A stretch of DNA of 63,707 nt, filler included, from Lenisia limosa (taxonomy: Eukaryota > Protista > Breviatea): the NCBI GenBank assembly GCA_001655205.1. It is 17 parts of 17 records of this genome, joined end to end, with 100 filler letters (N's around TTAATTAATTAA, not from the genome) between each part and the next. Parts side by side here need not be neighbours in the genome. Positions count along the whole stretch, not along the records: positions 13,395 to 21,672 come from LPNZ01010707.1; positions 21,773 to 23,472 come from LPNZ01002144.1; positions 23,573 to 27,492 come from LPNZ01008657.1; 14 more parts are not named here. The stretch is one strand, 5' to 3'. The notes under the pieces are model-generated. The model saw only the letters and a program-made list of their open reading frames with translations. It did not search any database and had not been told where the DNA came from. Positions 13,395 through 26,278 of this stretch are shown here, piece by piece. Position numbers and translations under genes: made by a program. Position 1 is the first letter of the stretch, and the number at the start of each line of letters is the position of its first letter.

Positions 13395-16300
13395 TGCATG
13401 ACACAGCCCCTAAGTTTGTCCCCCCTCCGTCACCTCATTCTGGCGGTGGCTTAGGCCGTTCTCAGGTTTGTGCATACCTTTTTGATTCACAATCCTGTTT
13501 TGATGTGAGAAAATGATGATAACTTTTTTTTAATAATCCCGGAAGAATCTCGATCTACTGTATCACAAAAATTTGGGATCCCTGGATCACGTTATATCCA
13601 ATGTCTTTTTTTTTTACCAGAATCAGTGTACCTATCATCAATAAATGTCTTATGGTCGTGTGTGCCATTCTAAGTCCTGTGTTGTGTATATCATTCTAAG
13701 CCGTGTATATCATTCTAATTTCACAGCTCCTGGACGGATCGAAGCTGGCTGAAATGACTGTGGAGGTGAGGGGTGTTGAAATGACTGTGAAGACAAAGAA
13801 TAATGGCGTGAGAAGGTATCTTGTGTATATAACGGCACATTCAAAAATGCAACACTAACAGAGAGGAGAGAGAGAGGGGGGGAGATTGCAAGTTGGTAGG
13901 AGGAGTTGGTGGCGCATATACATGTATATATATACGTATATTATTGTTAATTATACCCCCCTCAGAGAGCCCAACTTGAAATGTCCGACATGGTGCGTGA
14001 CCTTGAGAACAGAGTGCGCGCGACGTGTGCGCCTCTCACACTCATGGCCGTCTTGGCAGGCAAGAATGAGTGGGGGAGGGTAGCTATACACATATTATAC
14101 ATAGTATCTACACACATATATGATGTTATATATACATGTATCAGAGGAGATCATAGTACATAGTGTATCATAATGAATATTGCATTGATATGTACCTGAC
14201 CTTACTCATTTTGATTCTTGTGTAGGATACATGGTATTGTATTATGCAGATGAGATATGCCCCCCACCCTCTCCAGAGTTGATCTGGGCTTTTTNNNNNN
14301 NNNNNNNNNNNNNNNNNNNNNNNNNNNNNNNNNNNNNNNNNNNNNNNNNNNNNNNNNNNNNNNNNNNNNNNNNNNNNNNNNNNNNNNNNNNNNNNNNNNN
14401 NNNNNNNNNNNNNNNNNNNNNNNNNCATTCAGGTTAGTGATAATGCCTTGTCATAGGGCATCACTTCGGTCTAAAAAAAGTCTGGATTTCTCGATAAATC
14501 CTCAAAACCTACCAGTCTTTTACTGGTCTTGTTCTAGCCTAAGTTAATCCCAGCTGTCATCCCTCATAAGTAGGGTTCCCTACGGTCCCAAAAAGACCGG
14601 TAAAATATCGATATTTATTGAAGATTCATCGAGAAATTCAGTCTTTTTTGGTACCGTAGGGAATCACTAATAATAAGTGTAACGTAGTGGACGGCTTCGG
14701 CCTGATACTTCATGCCCTCCTTTTCATTCCCCTCAGATTGCAATTGAGGACTCCGTGCAGAGCCAGGTTTCCAGTGAAGTCACCCGGGTGGTTTCGGGTA
14801 GGAAGGGAGGCGTGCTTCGGGTAGGAAGGATGCGTGCTTCGGGACAGGCCAGAGCCCTCAGTGCACCATTGTTCTCAGCGTAATCGTTTCGATTTTCAGA
14901 TAATAATAAGAGAGATTGTCGGCACCATTACTACGGCATCCCTACGGTCCGAAAAAGACCGGTTAAATATCGAGATGTATCGATGGTTTATCAAGAAATT
15001 CAGTCTTTTTTGGGACCGCAGAGAAGCCTTAACCATAAGACATAAGACATAAGACTTGTCAATGTTTGTCGAGTATTCTCTCTCTGGAACCGAAAAAAGC
15101 TCTGAGAATTAGTTTTTCGAATGTGATTGAATTTCAAGAATATTTTCATATTTAAACGATTTGACCAAACTCTAATATCTTTAGGACTAGAGAATCGGAT
15201 CGCCACCCTTGAGAAGGAGCTTCTTTCTATCAGCCATGTAGGCAAAATGTTGACAGATTCCTTTTTGGCTAATTATGGGGGGAGGGAAGGGGCATTCTGG
15301 GGCTTTCTTCTTTCTATTCCCCCTCCCCCCTGCATATAGGTCGAGGAATAAAAAGGGGCCCAATTTTTTTTGTGATTTTTGAGAGATTATTCTTTTTTTT
15401 CTCCTCTTTATCGATTCTTTGTTCATTAAAGACGACAAATAATGGACAGTAATATATTTCAAAACTCCCCTAGGGGAAATAAGGATAACAGAAAAACTAT
15501 TTAAGAGTGGCGGCCTACAAGAGTCAAAAAACCTGACAGAAGAGTATATATTTCCATCAAAATGCGGTAAACCTTTTTTGTTGCATTTTTCTTGAGGCTT
15601 TTCAGGTTTGCGAGCTAGTTGCAATAAGAGAAAATTCTGAATCGATGATCCTTACCAAGTCTCTTGAGGCGCTGATCCTCCTTCTCAGATGTAGCAGCCT
15701 TCTGAGCTAAAGGTTAAAATACCACCAAATGGTAAGCGTAATTTGCTCAATCCTATCAATAGTTTTAAGGCGCTCTTCTTCTTTTTTCTTTGTGGCAACC
15801 CTCTTCATTTCCTCGCTCAGAGTTGAATGCAGTTACAACAATAATCAACAAGATGATGAGTATCAGACAATTAAACCCCAGTCATTACCGTGTCTTTTGA
15901 GGCGCTGTTCTTTTGTCTTCTTGGCGGTCACTTCAGCTTTGATCTCTTCGACCATTTGCTTCCGTCTTTCTTCAGGGGTAACCAAGGTAATTCTGTCTCG
16001 AACAGTTTCTGCCTCATAGGCAACCTGCACGGTTTTCTTGACATTCTTTCGGTTCGCCCAGGGAGCATCTTTGGACTTGGCTATTTGAAGTTGCTTGATA
16101 ATTGTGGGTGTGTTGATCACACATGAGTATAGAGCTGATCTGGGAGGAGGACAGAGAGGTACACAGAAGGCCCGATCAGGATTCGGCAAGTGGGCAGTAA
16201 TACGAGACGGGTCGATTGTGACTTCATTCTTGGTTCGGCATATCACCATACCAGCAGCAGAGAAAGCTTTATCGACGTGATCGGGGTGAGTAGCAACATA

Positions 16301-19300
16301 GAAAGCTCTCAAACATGCCTTCAGCGCGCAGCAGCAATTGTGGGCAGTCTTTGTAACACCTTCAGGAATGGGTGATGAGAGCAGTTGTGCGAGTTCACTT
16401 CTTGGTTGTGCCGAATGTCCTTAAATCCAGAGGCTGAGTCACTTGGGATGTGTGGGAGGGGAGCAGGTACAGGAAAATGTTGTGGTGTCTCAATGCTCCA
16501 GCACCATGTCTTCAAGTCTTGACACATGGCCGTCGGTAATAAGAGAAGCGGGTTCATCTGGGGGCAGATTGAGTTGTCGGTGCTTGGCATAAACTGCAGG
16601 GACAAAGTAGTCATGAACCCAGGTGCATAATGATTCGCAAGTCTAAATTGTGACAAGCTTTCTGGGCAAATCAACAGTTTTATGGTATTAACATTCACTC
16701 ACCTGCCAGCCATTGGGGGATTCAATCACTTTCGCTGAGTTTGTTTCAAGGATAACACGCTCTGTAGAAACAGTCTTTTGTCCAAGCAAAAAGACGGGAG
16801 GGACTCTAGCATCGTCAATGACAGTGCTGTGAGAACTAAAAGTGCATAAATCATGTAAAATGTTGACCAAATTGTACCAATCAACGTGTGGTTTGGCGGT
16901 GTCGCTGCCCTTGCGTAGGTCTTAGTTGCTTCAGCCAGAGTGACAACCTTAGTGGCAGTTTCGCTTGACACATCAACCATACTCTCATCCATGTTCCATA
17001 TCAATGAAGCATTGATTTTGAGATCTTCCATTGTTTTGCTCAGGGCATTGACATGCTGCATCAACCGTTCTGGAGTCAATGCATGTTCACTTGTTTTGTC
17101 AAGTCGGTTAGGAGTCTACAATAAGTAAGATGACATACTACATTCTCTAACTACAATGGTATATTCAAAATAGTTCCCATCAAACCACCACTTTGAAAAC
17201 ATTTGAGTATTTTTCCATGAAGGATTTGAACCATTGTTTGGTTGGAGGAGCGGTGGGAGGATTGGCAACATGATTTTTGCAAATACTAAAAACCTGCCAG
17301 TTATTATTTATAGTGAAAATAATTGTTATATGAATTACTTAAGCCTACCATTTCCCTTATGTCCTTCATTGACAGACTTTCGCCTCTCACAATGGCCGAG
17401 GTAATATCTCGTTAAACTATCTCAATGATGTCAGGGTGTACATATGTTGGCCTTCCATGATTCTTGCGGATTCCATCGTCTTTGAATTTTCTTATTTGTT
17501 TTCGGCTAACCTAAAACAAGTGAATATTCGACATCTTCAAAAGTTTAAACATTACCTTGAGGAGAAAAGCGGCCGTCCGTTGGCTGAGGTCGGCCCTTTT
17601 TATGCACTGGGCCCCTTTTTATTCCTCGACCTATCCCATTTCACGATGGGATGCGGTGCTGNNNNNNNNNNGGGCTTTTTTGTTTCACAATTTTCCAATT
17701 TTATCCTCCCCCCACCCCCAGGTTCCCGAAGCCAAATTTGCCCTTCCCTCCTCGGCCAAAACTGCAAGCTCGTCTCCTCTCCACTCGTCTTTTAACTCGC
17801 AATATTCCAAGCCTGCCCCTNNNNNNNNNNNNNNNNNNNNNNNNNNNNNNNNNNNNNNNNNNNNNNNNNNNNNNNNNNNNNNNNNNNNNNNNNNNNNNNN
17901 NNNNNNNNNNNNNNNNNNNNNNNNNNNNNTCACCATTAATCCTGTTTGCATGCAACACACGGAGGGGGAGATAATTCGGTTCGTGATTTGTACCTTTACG
18001 CCAATATTCTTCATCGTTCGTTTTACTCGCCTCCTCCAGTTCACCCAGTCGTCCTCGTACCAAGGCCTTGCTTCGGCCTCTGTCTCTACAGCGTCCTCTG
18101 TAAATCCCAATGAACCTTCCTTCACATCTTCACTGCCGCGCAAACCGATTTATGCAACGCCCACGCCCAACGCCGATAGTCTTGTTGGGGGGGGGGGAGA
18201 ATAAAACGAGGGAAATGTAGATGCAGAATATTGGTGCAAAGGTACTAATCACGAACCAAATAATTTGTGTGTGTAGGTTAAGTTCCTATTTGTAATGTAG
18301 CAGAATGGTATCTTTTTATTGTTTATGTGTCTTTTTTTATTGAGAATCCTTGTCATACCCCTCTTCTTCCACTATTTTTCTAACCCCCCCCCCTNNNNNN
18401 NNNNNNNNNNNNNNNNNNNNNNNNNNNNNNNNNNNNNNNNNNNNNNNNNNNNNNNNNNNNNNNNNNNNNNNNNNNNNNNNNNNNNNNNNATTCGGTTTTC
18501 TCTTTTCTTGTTTTCTCTTTAATGACACCCCTTTGTTTTTTTTATTTTGTTTTAAAAATTTACCTATTTCACTCCGCAGACCGGGCCGGACCAAGCCGTT
18601 TCAAGAGCCGCAGCTGCCACGTCATCGTACCGTGCTCTCATGGGCAGGGTTGGGAACAAAGTGGGGGGTGGGGGGCCTTCGAGTCTCCATCATCATCATT
18701 ATCACCCATTGACTGCATAGAGCCAGGTGGCACCACAATCCACCGGGGCACCTGCATTCCAACGATACTTATCCACACCTCAGCAGTGGGAGGATTTGGG
18801 TGCATTTCACGCGCTAAAAGGAGTTTGATGATGATATATGATGTAATACGCTAAATTGCTTTTGATCGTCAAATATCACAATACCCCCTTCCCATCTTTT
18901 TCCCAGCACTTACACTTTAGAAGAGATCAACCGGGTAACACCCAGGGGCCCCAATCCGGGTCTACTCGGGGAGCCTCCCCCTCCCCGCTCNNNNNNNNNN
19001 NNNNNNNNNNNNNNNTACAGGTGCGTGGTCTGGAACCATTGCCCTGCTCGATTATAGTGTTATATCTGTTATATTACTATTGTTTTGATATGAAATGCTA
19101 TGAATAGATTGGTCATTTCTTCTGTCCTTTACATCATGACATGAATATCCTCATTGATATGTGTGTTATGCTGACAGTGGATGACTGAGTCCTGGGGGGG
19201 GGGGGNNNNNNNNNNNNNNNNNNNNNNNNNNNNNNNNNNNNNNNNNNNNNNNNNNNNNNNNNNNNNNNNNNNNNNNNNNNNNNNNNNNNNACGGTATCTA

Positions 19301-19450
19301 GTTTATCGAAGGCTTCGGTTTAATGGGAACTGAAGTGAAGCTCTGAGTGCATGCTCATTGAAGATATTCTTCATTGACATATCCTTTTATTTACCTCTCC
19401 AGGGTAGAACGCCCACTCCTTACCGTCCGCGCCAGCCGACCTCCTAGTAC
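13395..19450 (+). CDS. Hypothetical multi-exon protein (coiled-coil then Pro/Ser-rich); host of the pogo element
   Basis: Exons LLDGSKLAEMTVE | RAQLEMSDMVRDLENRVRA... | IAIEDSVQSQVSSEVTR | LENRIATLEKELLSISH |(intron about 15238-17722)| VPEAKFALPSSAKT... and later Pro-rich exons. That these form a single gene is inferred. Confidence 0.45.
14571..14669. mobile_element. hAT-like MITE family A, subfamily TAGGG(T/C)TCCCTACGGTCC
   Basis: TAGGGTTCCCTACGGTCCCAAAAAGAC ... GTCTTTTTTGGTACCGTAGGGAATCACTA; flanks CTCATAAG / ATAATAAG (6/8). Confidence 0.75.
15337..17633 (-). mobile_element. pogo-like (Tc1/mariner superfamily) DNA transposon, 2.3 kb
   Basis: Perfect inverted termini TAGGTCGAGGAATAAAAAGGGGCCCA at 15337-15362 and its reverse complement at 17608-17633 (TA target plus 24-bp TIR), enclosing a DDE transposase. 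Confidence 0.9.
15655..17590 (-). pseudogene. Spliced pogo-type DDE transposase with frameshift and in-frame stops
   Basis: HTH-like exons (HGRPTYVHP; KQWFKSFMEKY), then IWNMDES (D1), SPNGWQ|TCESLCTWVHDYFVP...LITDGHVS (D2) and LYLLPSHTSQVTQPLD (D3). The D2-D3 spacing is 35 aa after repairing a 1-nt deletion near 16495. In-frame TAA (IEIV*RD) and TGA (TKK*). Confidence 0.85.
17646..17722 (+). repeat. Dispersed repeat family E (GGAGTGATGGGATGCGGTGCTGCAGAAGCGACT...GTTGATTTTGGGCTTTTGTTTCATAAATTTTCCAATTTTAC(C)nAG)
   Basis: Copies at about 14275-14294(+), 17646-17722(+), 21903-22075(-), 22180-22305(-), 22748-22830(-), 23573-23660(-), 25848-26000(-), 34590-34665(+), 35490-35590(+), 38340-38475(-) and 61520-61715(-). 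Confidence 0.8.
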
Positions 19451-20109
19451 CTAATTAGGCAGTTGCCTTATGGGGAAAGCGTTAGTGTTTTGTATATTAG
19501 GAGAATTATGTGCTGTATCCATTTAAGTTAATCTATCTTTTAATTGTGAAATCATACCCAGCTCTTCAAATAGTTTAATAGAATACACCCCCCCAAAAAT
19601 AATAAAAAAAAAACATCTATTTCTTGAATTGTTACATTTTTTAAAAAAAGAAACACCTAAAGAGCAATTGCCAAGTGGAGGTGCAAGGGTTATTATGGAC
19701 TTGATGAGACTGGAATTGCTGTCTACATGTATTATGGACTTGGTATGGTCTCTGGTCGAAGGTACTGTTAAAGCGGTTCAAAATCAAAATGGGCTTTTTG
19801 GATTTCTCTATTTGATACTTGCAATTCCAATTTTTCCAGGTCTCCTTTTTTTTATTGGAGACCGCTGAGAAGGAAGGGGAGCTGTAACAGGGAAGAATGA
19901 TTTTTCGTGCACCTTTCGGCTTGCACGCTGCTAGAAAGGCATAATAAGTTGTAAGTGTTTAGTTATTTAGACGTTGACGATTAACAACTCTTCAATGAAG
20001 AGAACAGATAGAAAAGAAAAGAAAGGTGAAAGAAAAAAGGGGAAAAGAGTACTACTACCCGTGGCTCAATCCCCCGACCTTCAAAACCAAATGTCCGCGC
20101 ATTTTGACC

Positions 20110-21180
20110 ACAAAATGGCGCGCACCCAATCATTTGAACTAGTATCAGATGTATCATCTCAAATTACAGCTAATATACATTTTATGACCATAAAACGAAA
20201 TTACAAAAACAAATCCCTTCTTAAATACAGTAATCCATAGTGTTAGAATCCAGCTGCAGCTCCAGTGTATCATCAGTTGCATCCACTGCCCATAATTCAG
20301 GAGATTTTAACACTTCTTCCTTCTCTTCTTCCACCTTCTCTTCCACCTTCTCTACTTCCACCTCTCCCTTCTTGTCTCCACCATCCTCGTCCTCATTCTT
20401 CTCATTTTCCTTTTCTTCATCTTCTGCATCATCATCTTCACTGTCACTCAGTCCAATAAAAGAGTTCCTATTCTTAATATCGGCCTTGGGCTTCTCAGTA
20501 GTAACCGCCTAAATAATCAGAAATAATCCGGGTACCATTTAAACATAGAGCATGTGATTTGAGAGATATACAGTGACCGGGGTAAGTCTTGACCGATTTT
20601 CTTTATGTGATTCCCAGTGAAAATCTGTCAAGACTTATCCCGGTCAGTATATATTAAATGAGAAATAAGAAGGATCTATCAGAAAGAAGCTGCCATTCCC
20701 CACATTCACAAAGAATACATATAAATACTACTAGATGAGAAATAATAAAAAAAATACGCTTTTTAGTGATATCGGATTATAATAAAAATACTAATTTGCA
20801 CAATCATTTGCCGTACAACCCACGGCGTTGAACAAGTCCTCCATTTCAGCCTTCTTGTTGAGCATCTCATTATCGGAGACGGGTGAGGGCGAGCGCACTA
20901 CTGCTCTCTGCCGACGCTGCCTGNNNNNNNNNNNNNNNNNNNNNNNNNNNNNNNNNNNNNNNNNNNNNNNNNNNNNNNNNNNNNNNNNNNNNNNNNNNNN
21001 NNNNNNNNNNNNNNNNNNNNNNNNNNNNNNNNNNNNNNNNNNNNNNNNNNNNNNNNNNNNNNNNCACTTTATGGTAATAAAAAACAAGTATTTACCATAG
21101 AAGAGATATTGGGACTCACCTTAAGCCGCTCCGTTTGGCCATCTGTATCCTCTTTTGAGCTGTTATCGGAGGCGTCTGTG
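20110..21180 (-). CDS. Hypothetical acidic low-complexity protein fragments
   Basis: Open exon-like segments ...KKAEMEDLFNAVGCTANDCAN and VTTEKPKADIKNRNSFIGLSDSEDDDAEDEKENEKNEDED.... No family recognised. Confidence 0.35.
20571..20647. mobile_element. Tc1/mariner-like MITE family C copy
   Basis: TA|CAGTGACCGGGGTAAGTCTTGAC ... GTCAAGACTTATCCCGGTCAG|TA. Confidence 0.7.
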
Positions 21181-21772
21181 GGTCTGGTCAAATACTATTG
21201 TTGGGTGTTTCTGTTAAAAAAAAAATAACATGTAGCACCTATCTCGGGAGGAGAACGGGGTTAAGAGAGATTTCATGGTAAGTGATAGTTTGCATGCAAA
21301 AAATGAACATTAACCATCGGATAATACGAGGAACATTCTTGCTCTGAACAGACCGTTGAAAGGAGGGGGGGATTCATTCCGCGCTTCTTCAGTTTCTGGA
21401 AGCAATTATGAGATTGTTTAAAGTGGTCATTTTTTTTGACCAAAGACGATAACGTTATAATGATGACAAATAAAGATCACAATAAATTGGAAAATGTGAT
21501 TTGTCTAACTGTTAGTAAAACAGTGACCCCCAAAGGATATTTCCTCCAAACAAAACCCAGCATGAAATAGTGTTACCCCGTACCGATAGGCCGCGAAAGC
21601 GGCTTTGGTGGGGGGACAGCCTTGACCTTGGCGGCTCTCCTCGGCCCCGCTATCGCCTTCTCCTTTTGGGGGNNNNNNNNNNNNNNNNNNNNNNNNNNNN
21701 NNNNNNNNNNNNNNNNTTAATTAATTAANNNNNNNNNNNNNNNNNNNNNNNNNNNNNNNNNNNNNNNNNNNN

Positions 21773-23290
21773 TGTTGATCCTCTCAATCGTGTAGTAGAG
21801 TTTTCAGGGCACAAATTGAGGGTGTTAGAGTCCTCAGAGGTGAAGTAGCCCAGGTTGACTATGTTCAATCCGCTATCATGTCCGTGTTCATAGAGGGCAG
21901 CGGTCTGGGGAGGAGGGAGTAAATTGGAAAATTTATGAAACAAAAAAAAAATAAAATAAACTGTTGGCTGACAACACACGAGGTTTGATACCAACAAAAC
22001 AAACAAAGCCAAAGGGAGGGGAGGAAAAATAAAAAGTTATGAAACACATAAAGCCCAAAATCAACTCTGTTGGCTAGTAACACGAGTGTTGAAAACAACA
22101 AAACAAAATGTGGGAAGTAAAATGGACTTTTAAAAATGATAACTATTTGAGGCTTTGGGGGGGGGGTAATATATTGACCGAAGGAGAGTAAAATTGGAAA
22201 ATTTATGAAACAAAAAAACCCCCCAAATCATAGGCTGACAACACATGAGGGTTGATAACAACAACAAAAAAAAAACAAAGCCATGTCAGTCGTTTCTGCA
22301 TGACGGGAGGGAGTGGAGACGATATCAAATCATTATAATTTGGACTTTCCCACGGTCCGAAAAAGACCGGTAAATTATCGATATTTATCGAGGAATCGAA
22401 AAAGTCAGTCTTTTTTTGCGACCGTAGGGAACCCCAAAAATGTCAATGTTAACAGGGGGCGAATGGAAGTTATGAAACTAATTAATAAAAGAAACGATTA
22501 CATTTGGGTTTGTTAAAGCAGATTGATAAAGCAAATAAAGTCTTAGGATAACGTTCATCCATGAAAGCCCTCTTCCACCACCGCATCAAAATACCTCAAA
22601 CACATCCTCTCACCCCGGCAGGATTTGCGCGGTATCCGATATCCGGAGTCTTGCAAAACGCCACAGCGTCCGCAGCACTTCTGAAGGTCTGTTCAGGACA
22701 CTTTTTGACAAGGCCACCGGAGGATTTGTAATAACCGTTGGGAACCTGAGTGGGGGGGGGGGTAAATTGGAAAATTTATGAAACAAAAAGAAAAGCCTAA
22801 AATCAACTCTGTTGTTGGCTGACAACATATGAGGGTCTTTTGTGGGACTGTAGTCCAAAACCAACATCATTGTAAAATATGATTCTTATTTTTCATGAAA
22901 CCAACAGCATAACATACCAATAAATGATTATGATTATGAATATGGATATATTATGTTAGGTATTAGATATGATCATATCATATGTATATATATAATTATA
23001 TATATGGTTACATTATTATACTACATTACTTTTCCAAAATCCAACATCATAGTAAAAAATGATTTCAATACATTCCAACCAACATCAAAATATGAGATGA
23101 TTTTTTTTTGAGAAAAACACCACATTCAAAACCCCATTCAAAACCAACATCTTGACAGGTCCCGGAAGTCTCGTTATAGGCCCTGTTAACAGTGCAGTGA
23201 CAGACAATGGAGGTGCGGCCACGGATACCTTTGGTTGGTAAATTTGTACACTGACCAGGATAAGACCGATTTGCGCCATGATTTCCCAAC
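21773..23290 (-). CDS. Cysteine-rich surface protein with ephrin-receptor-like (GCC2/GCC3-type) repeats, partial
   Basis: Exons ...GQCTNLP...CHCTVNRAYNETSGTCQDV | VPNGYYKSSGGLVKKCPEQTFRS...FCKTPDIGY | ...LGYFTSEDSNTLNLCPENSTTRLRGST; the last fits the GY(F/Y)-CP-xSTT-GST pattern. Confidence 0.55.
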
Positions 23291-25789
23291 ATTAAAACCG
23301 GTCAATACTTATCAGGTGAGTGGGGTTATTGGTAGGGCTTCTCTTGGTTATGTTGGTGACGGAAGCTTCCTGTGATTATGTTGGCGACGGAAGTTAATGA
23401 TGGTTATTGGAGACGGAAGCTTATATTGGTTGTGGGATGTGTGTCTGTGTTTTAGGGTTTTTTGAAGGACTANNNNNNNNNNNNNNNNNNNNNNNNNNNN
23501 NNNNNNNNNNNNNNNNTTAATTAATTAANNNNNNNNNNNNNNNNNNNNNNNNNNNNNNNNNNNNNNNNNNNNAAACAAGAGGGTTGAAAACAACAAATAA
23601 GCCTAGGCCAGTCGCTTCTGCAGCACCGCATCCCATCACTCCGCATCCCATCAATGGTGAATACACTCATTATGGGAGGGAGTTGATGATAGAGGTCAAA
23701 AACAAAAGAAAAGTCCGGGGTGGAGTGGTGGTATTACGAAAAAAAACAAAAAAGAAGAAGAAGAAAACTCTTAAAACAACCAAAGTCAGTTTTCCAGTTT
23801 AAATCTTTTCTCAGATTGCTTCTAATTCCTCATTTCATCATCTACAGTCCAAGATCAACGACGCCCCGGTCGCCGCCACTGCGTCCAGGAGGTTTGAGTG
23901 TTTGAACAACTTTTCTACCAATTTTTGTTGTCAACCACCTCCTGTTTCCTTTTTATGTTTTCGATCCCCCCTCCCCTCCATATTATTAACCCCACGCCAA
24001 ATTGTTTTAATATGTATTAGATAATATTTTCAGAGATTTATTCGTAAGGAGTGGGTAACCCGTGGTAGCGCCAACTCCTTGGAAGTGGCCCACAAAATAA
24101 GATTTAATCTTTGATCATGCTGTAGCTGAGTGTGCTTCAATAGCAACAGTTTCAATAAGTCAAGAAGTCAATAGGTTATTATTATATGAAGAGAGGATGA
24201 ACGCGGTTGTAATCTTGTAATCCCCCCTCCCCTCTTGCAACTTGCTGACTGTGTGTTCCATTCCGCCATGCGTCAACGCTTGAGTGGTAAGAGGGATGTA
24301 AACAGGATATCTTTTTGTAACGTGTGTTTGTCATCTTCCTCCTTTTGTGATAAAGGACCAATTGTTCAAATCAGTGACTCAGTTGGCTTTAGATAGAATA
24401 AGAAAACGTAGGCGTCCTGCAGTTCCAAGCTCAAAACTCTCAGATATTTCCTATTCTTTTTTGGTGAACAATAATACTTATTCAAGGTTACAGTATTCAA
24501 ATATCCTGGTTTGTTATGTCAGTACTGCTCGTTCATGCCGGTAATATATCAATAAATATCGCTAGTTCGAGGATTTATCGAGTAATTTTGTCTTTTTTTT
24601 TAAAAAAAAAACTAACTTACATGAGACATTGTTTATGGTACACTGTTGAATACTACTCATTTGATTCAATTGATGGATATTATGTTATACATACTATTGA
24701 ACATTTTTGTACGCGGTGCATAGCACCGTAGCATAAATCTTCAATCATTTTCTAGGATTTACAAAACATCCCACTTATCCCCACGGAAGATGAGGCCATT
24801 GTCAGCGCAGCAGTGGCAGTCCCCGAACTTCACTTCCCTCCCACGGCTCTCCCTCCACATTTTCCACACTTCCGTGCAGCCGCCACAGCGATTGATCGGG
24901 AGAATTCGCTCTCACTATTTGCAGTATTGTATTACAGATGGAACAACCACAGGAATGTGCACTGGATTGCCCTGGTTTGTAGCACATGGCATCAATGAGG
25001 CATCGATCATGCAAGCATGAGGACCGCTCGTCCTCGAAAGGGACGCCGCGTTATCGTGTTCGCCCTGCCTCGACTGGAGCTGCCGGACGCCGACACCGCG
25101 GTTACCTTCGCCAACTACGGACGCCCGGCAGGCGCAACACAGGACACCATCGCTGCCAACTCCCGCTTGTCCGTCCAGCACAACGTTTTGCGGGCAATGG
25201 TGCAGCTGGGCCCTCGCCGGCTCACTGACAATGGCCGACAGGATGCCCTTCTCAATATAAACGCCGACAGCTTCGCCTGCCACGATGGCTCCTGCCTGAC
25301 GACGAACCACAGCGGCGATAGGTGACAAGAAGGTTATTTTCCTTCCCGACATATGAATACATGTTAATAATATTGATTCGCACGAAAATATCTTCAAAAA
25401 TGAAAAGAAAAGGGGAGTTATTACTAAAACGACAAAAACATAACGATTAAAAGGAAATTGAACAGGAACACAAAAACAGAGAAGAAAAAAACAGAATAAA
25501 GGTAGCCACAAGCATTTAACTTGATTATGAAGATATACGCAGATTCCCTTTACTTTCTCTCAGTATCCCCCCCCCCCACACGGATTTGCCATCCTAAAAA
25601 TCTAACCAATACTTTATACACTATTATACCTACCTCACAACCACTTTCCCCACTTAATTTATTTACTCTCAGGATTAACTTCGGTTCGGGAATATATCGA
25701 GAGCTTTTGAGGATTGCTCGAGAAATTCAGTATTTGTTTGAACCAAAATAAAGCCCAAATTTAGCCCCCACCCACCTTGCGCATCTTCT

Positions 25790-26278
25790 CGACGGAGGCA
25801 TAGAGAAGAGGAGCTGAGTCCACCGCTGTTTCCAATAGTTCTAGGGCCTGGGAATGGGGGTAAAATTGGAAAATTTATGAGGGGGAAAAGAGACCCAAAA
25901 AAAAACGTTGTCTGACAACACACGCAATGTGATAACAAAAAAAAAAGCCAGGTTAGTCGCTTCGGCAGCATCGCCACATCCCATCACTCCAGGTGTATTG
26001 AAAAGGGGGAGTAAGATCTTAGATGTTTTGGGTGGAGAAGATAGAGTATCCAACAGGCTTGGACAGGAGAGAGAAAAGATACAATGATAAAAAAAGAGAC
26101 TTGGAGGGGGTAAAGCGAAAATATAATAAATACAACCAACCTGGAGCGGGGAGAGCGAGGACACACGGAGCCACTTTGGCGGCTCGCCCTGGACCATATA
26201 CACCAAGTCCTCGACAAGGAGACTTGCGTGTGCTGCTGCAGCATCCACAATGTTCCGGTCATGTTCCGAGAGCTGGGG
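25790..26278 (-). CDS. Hypothetical protein, two visible exons
   Basis: PQLSEHDRNIVDAAAAHASLLVEDLVYMVQGEPPKWLRVSSLSPLQ|GTTGG, then an intron ending in a family E copy, then a short exon ending GCAAG|GTGGG. Confidence 0.4.

Noticed and set aside
17395-17430. In-frame TAA as a sign of a reassigned genetic code
   Set aside because: Host genes terminate with TAA (CFAP58, RPN8, acyltransferase), TAG (PP2A-A) and TGA (GT31). The stops occur in a frameshifted transposase.
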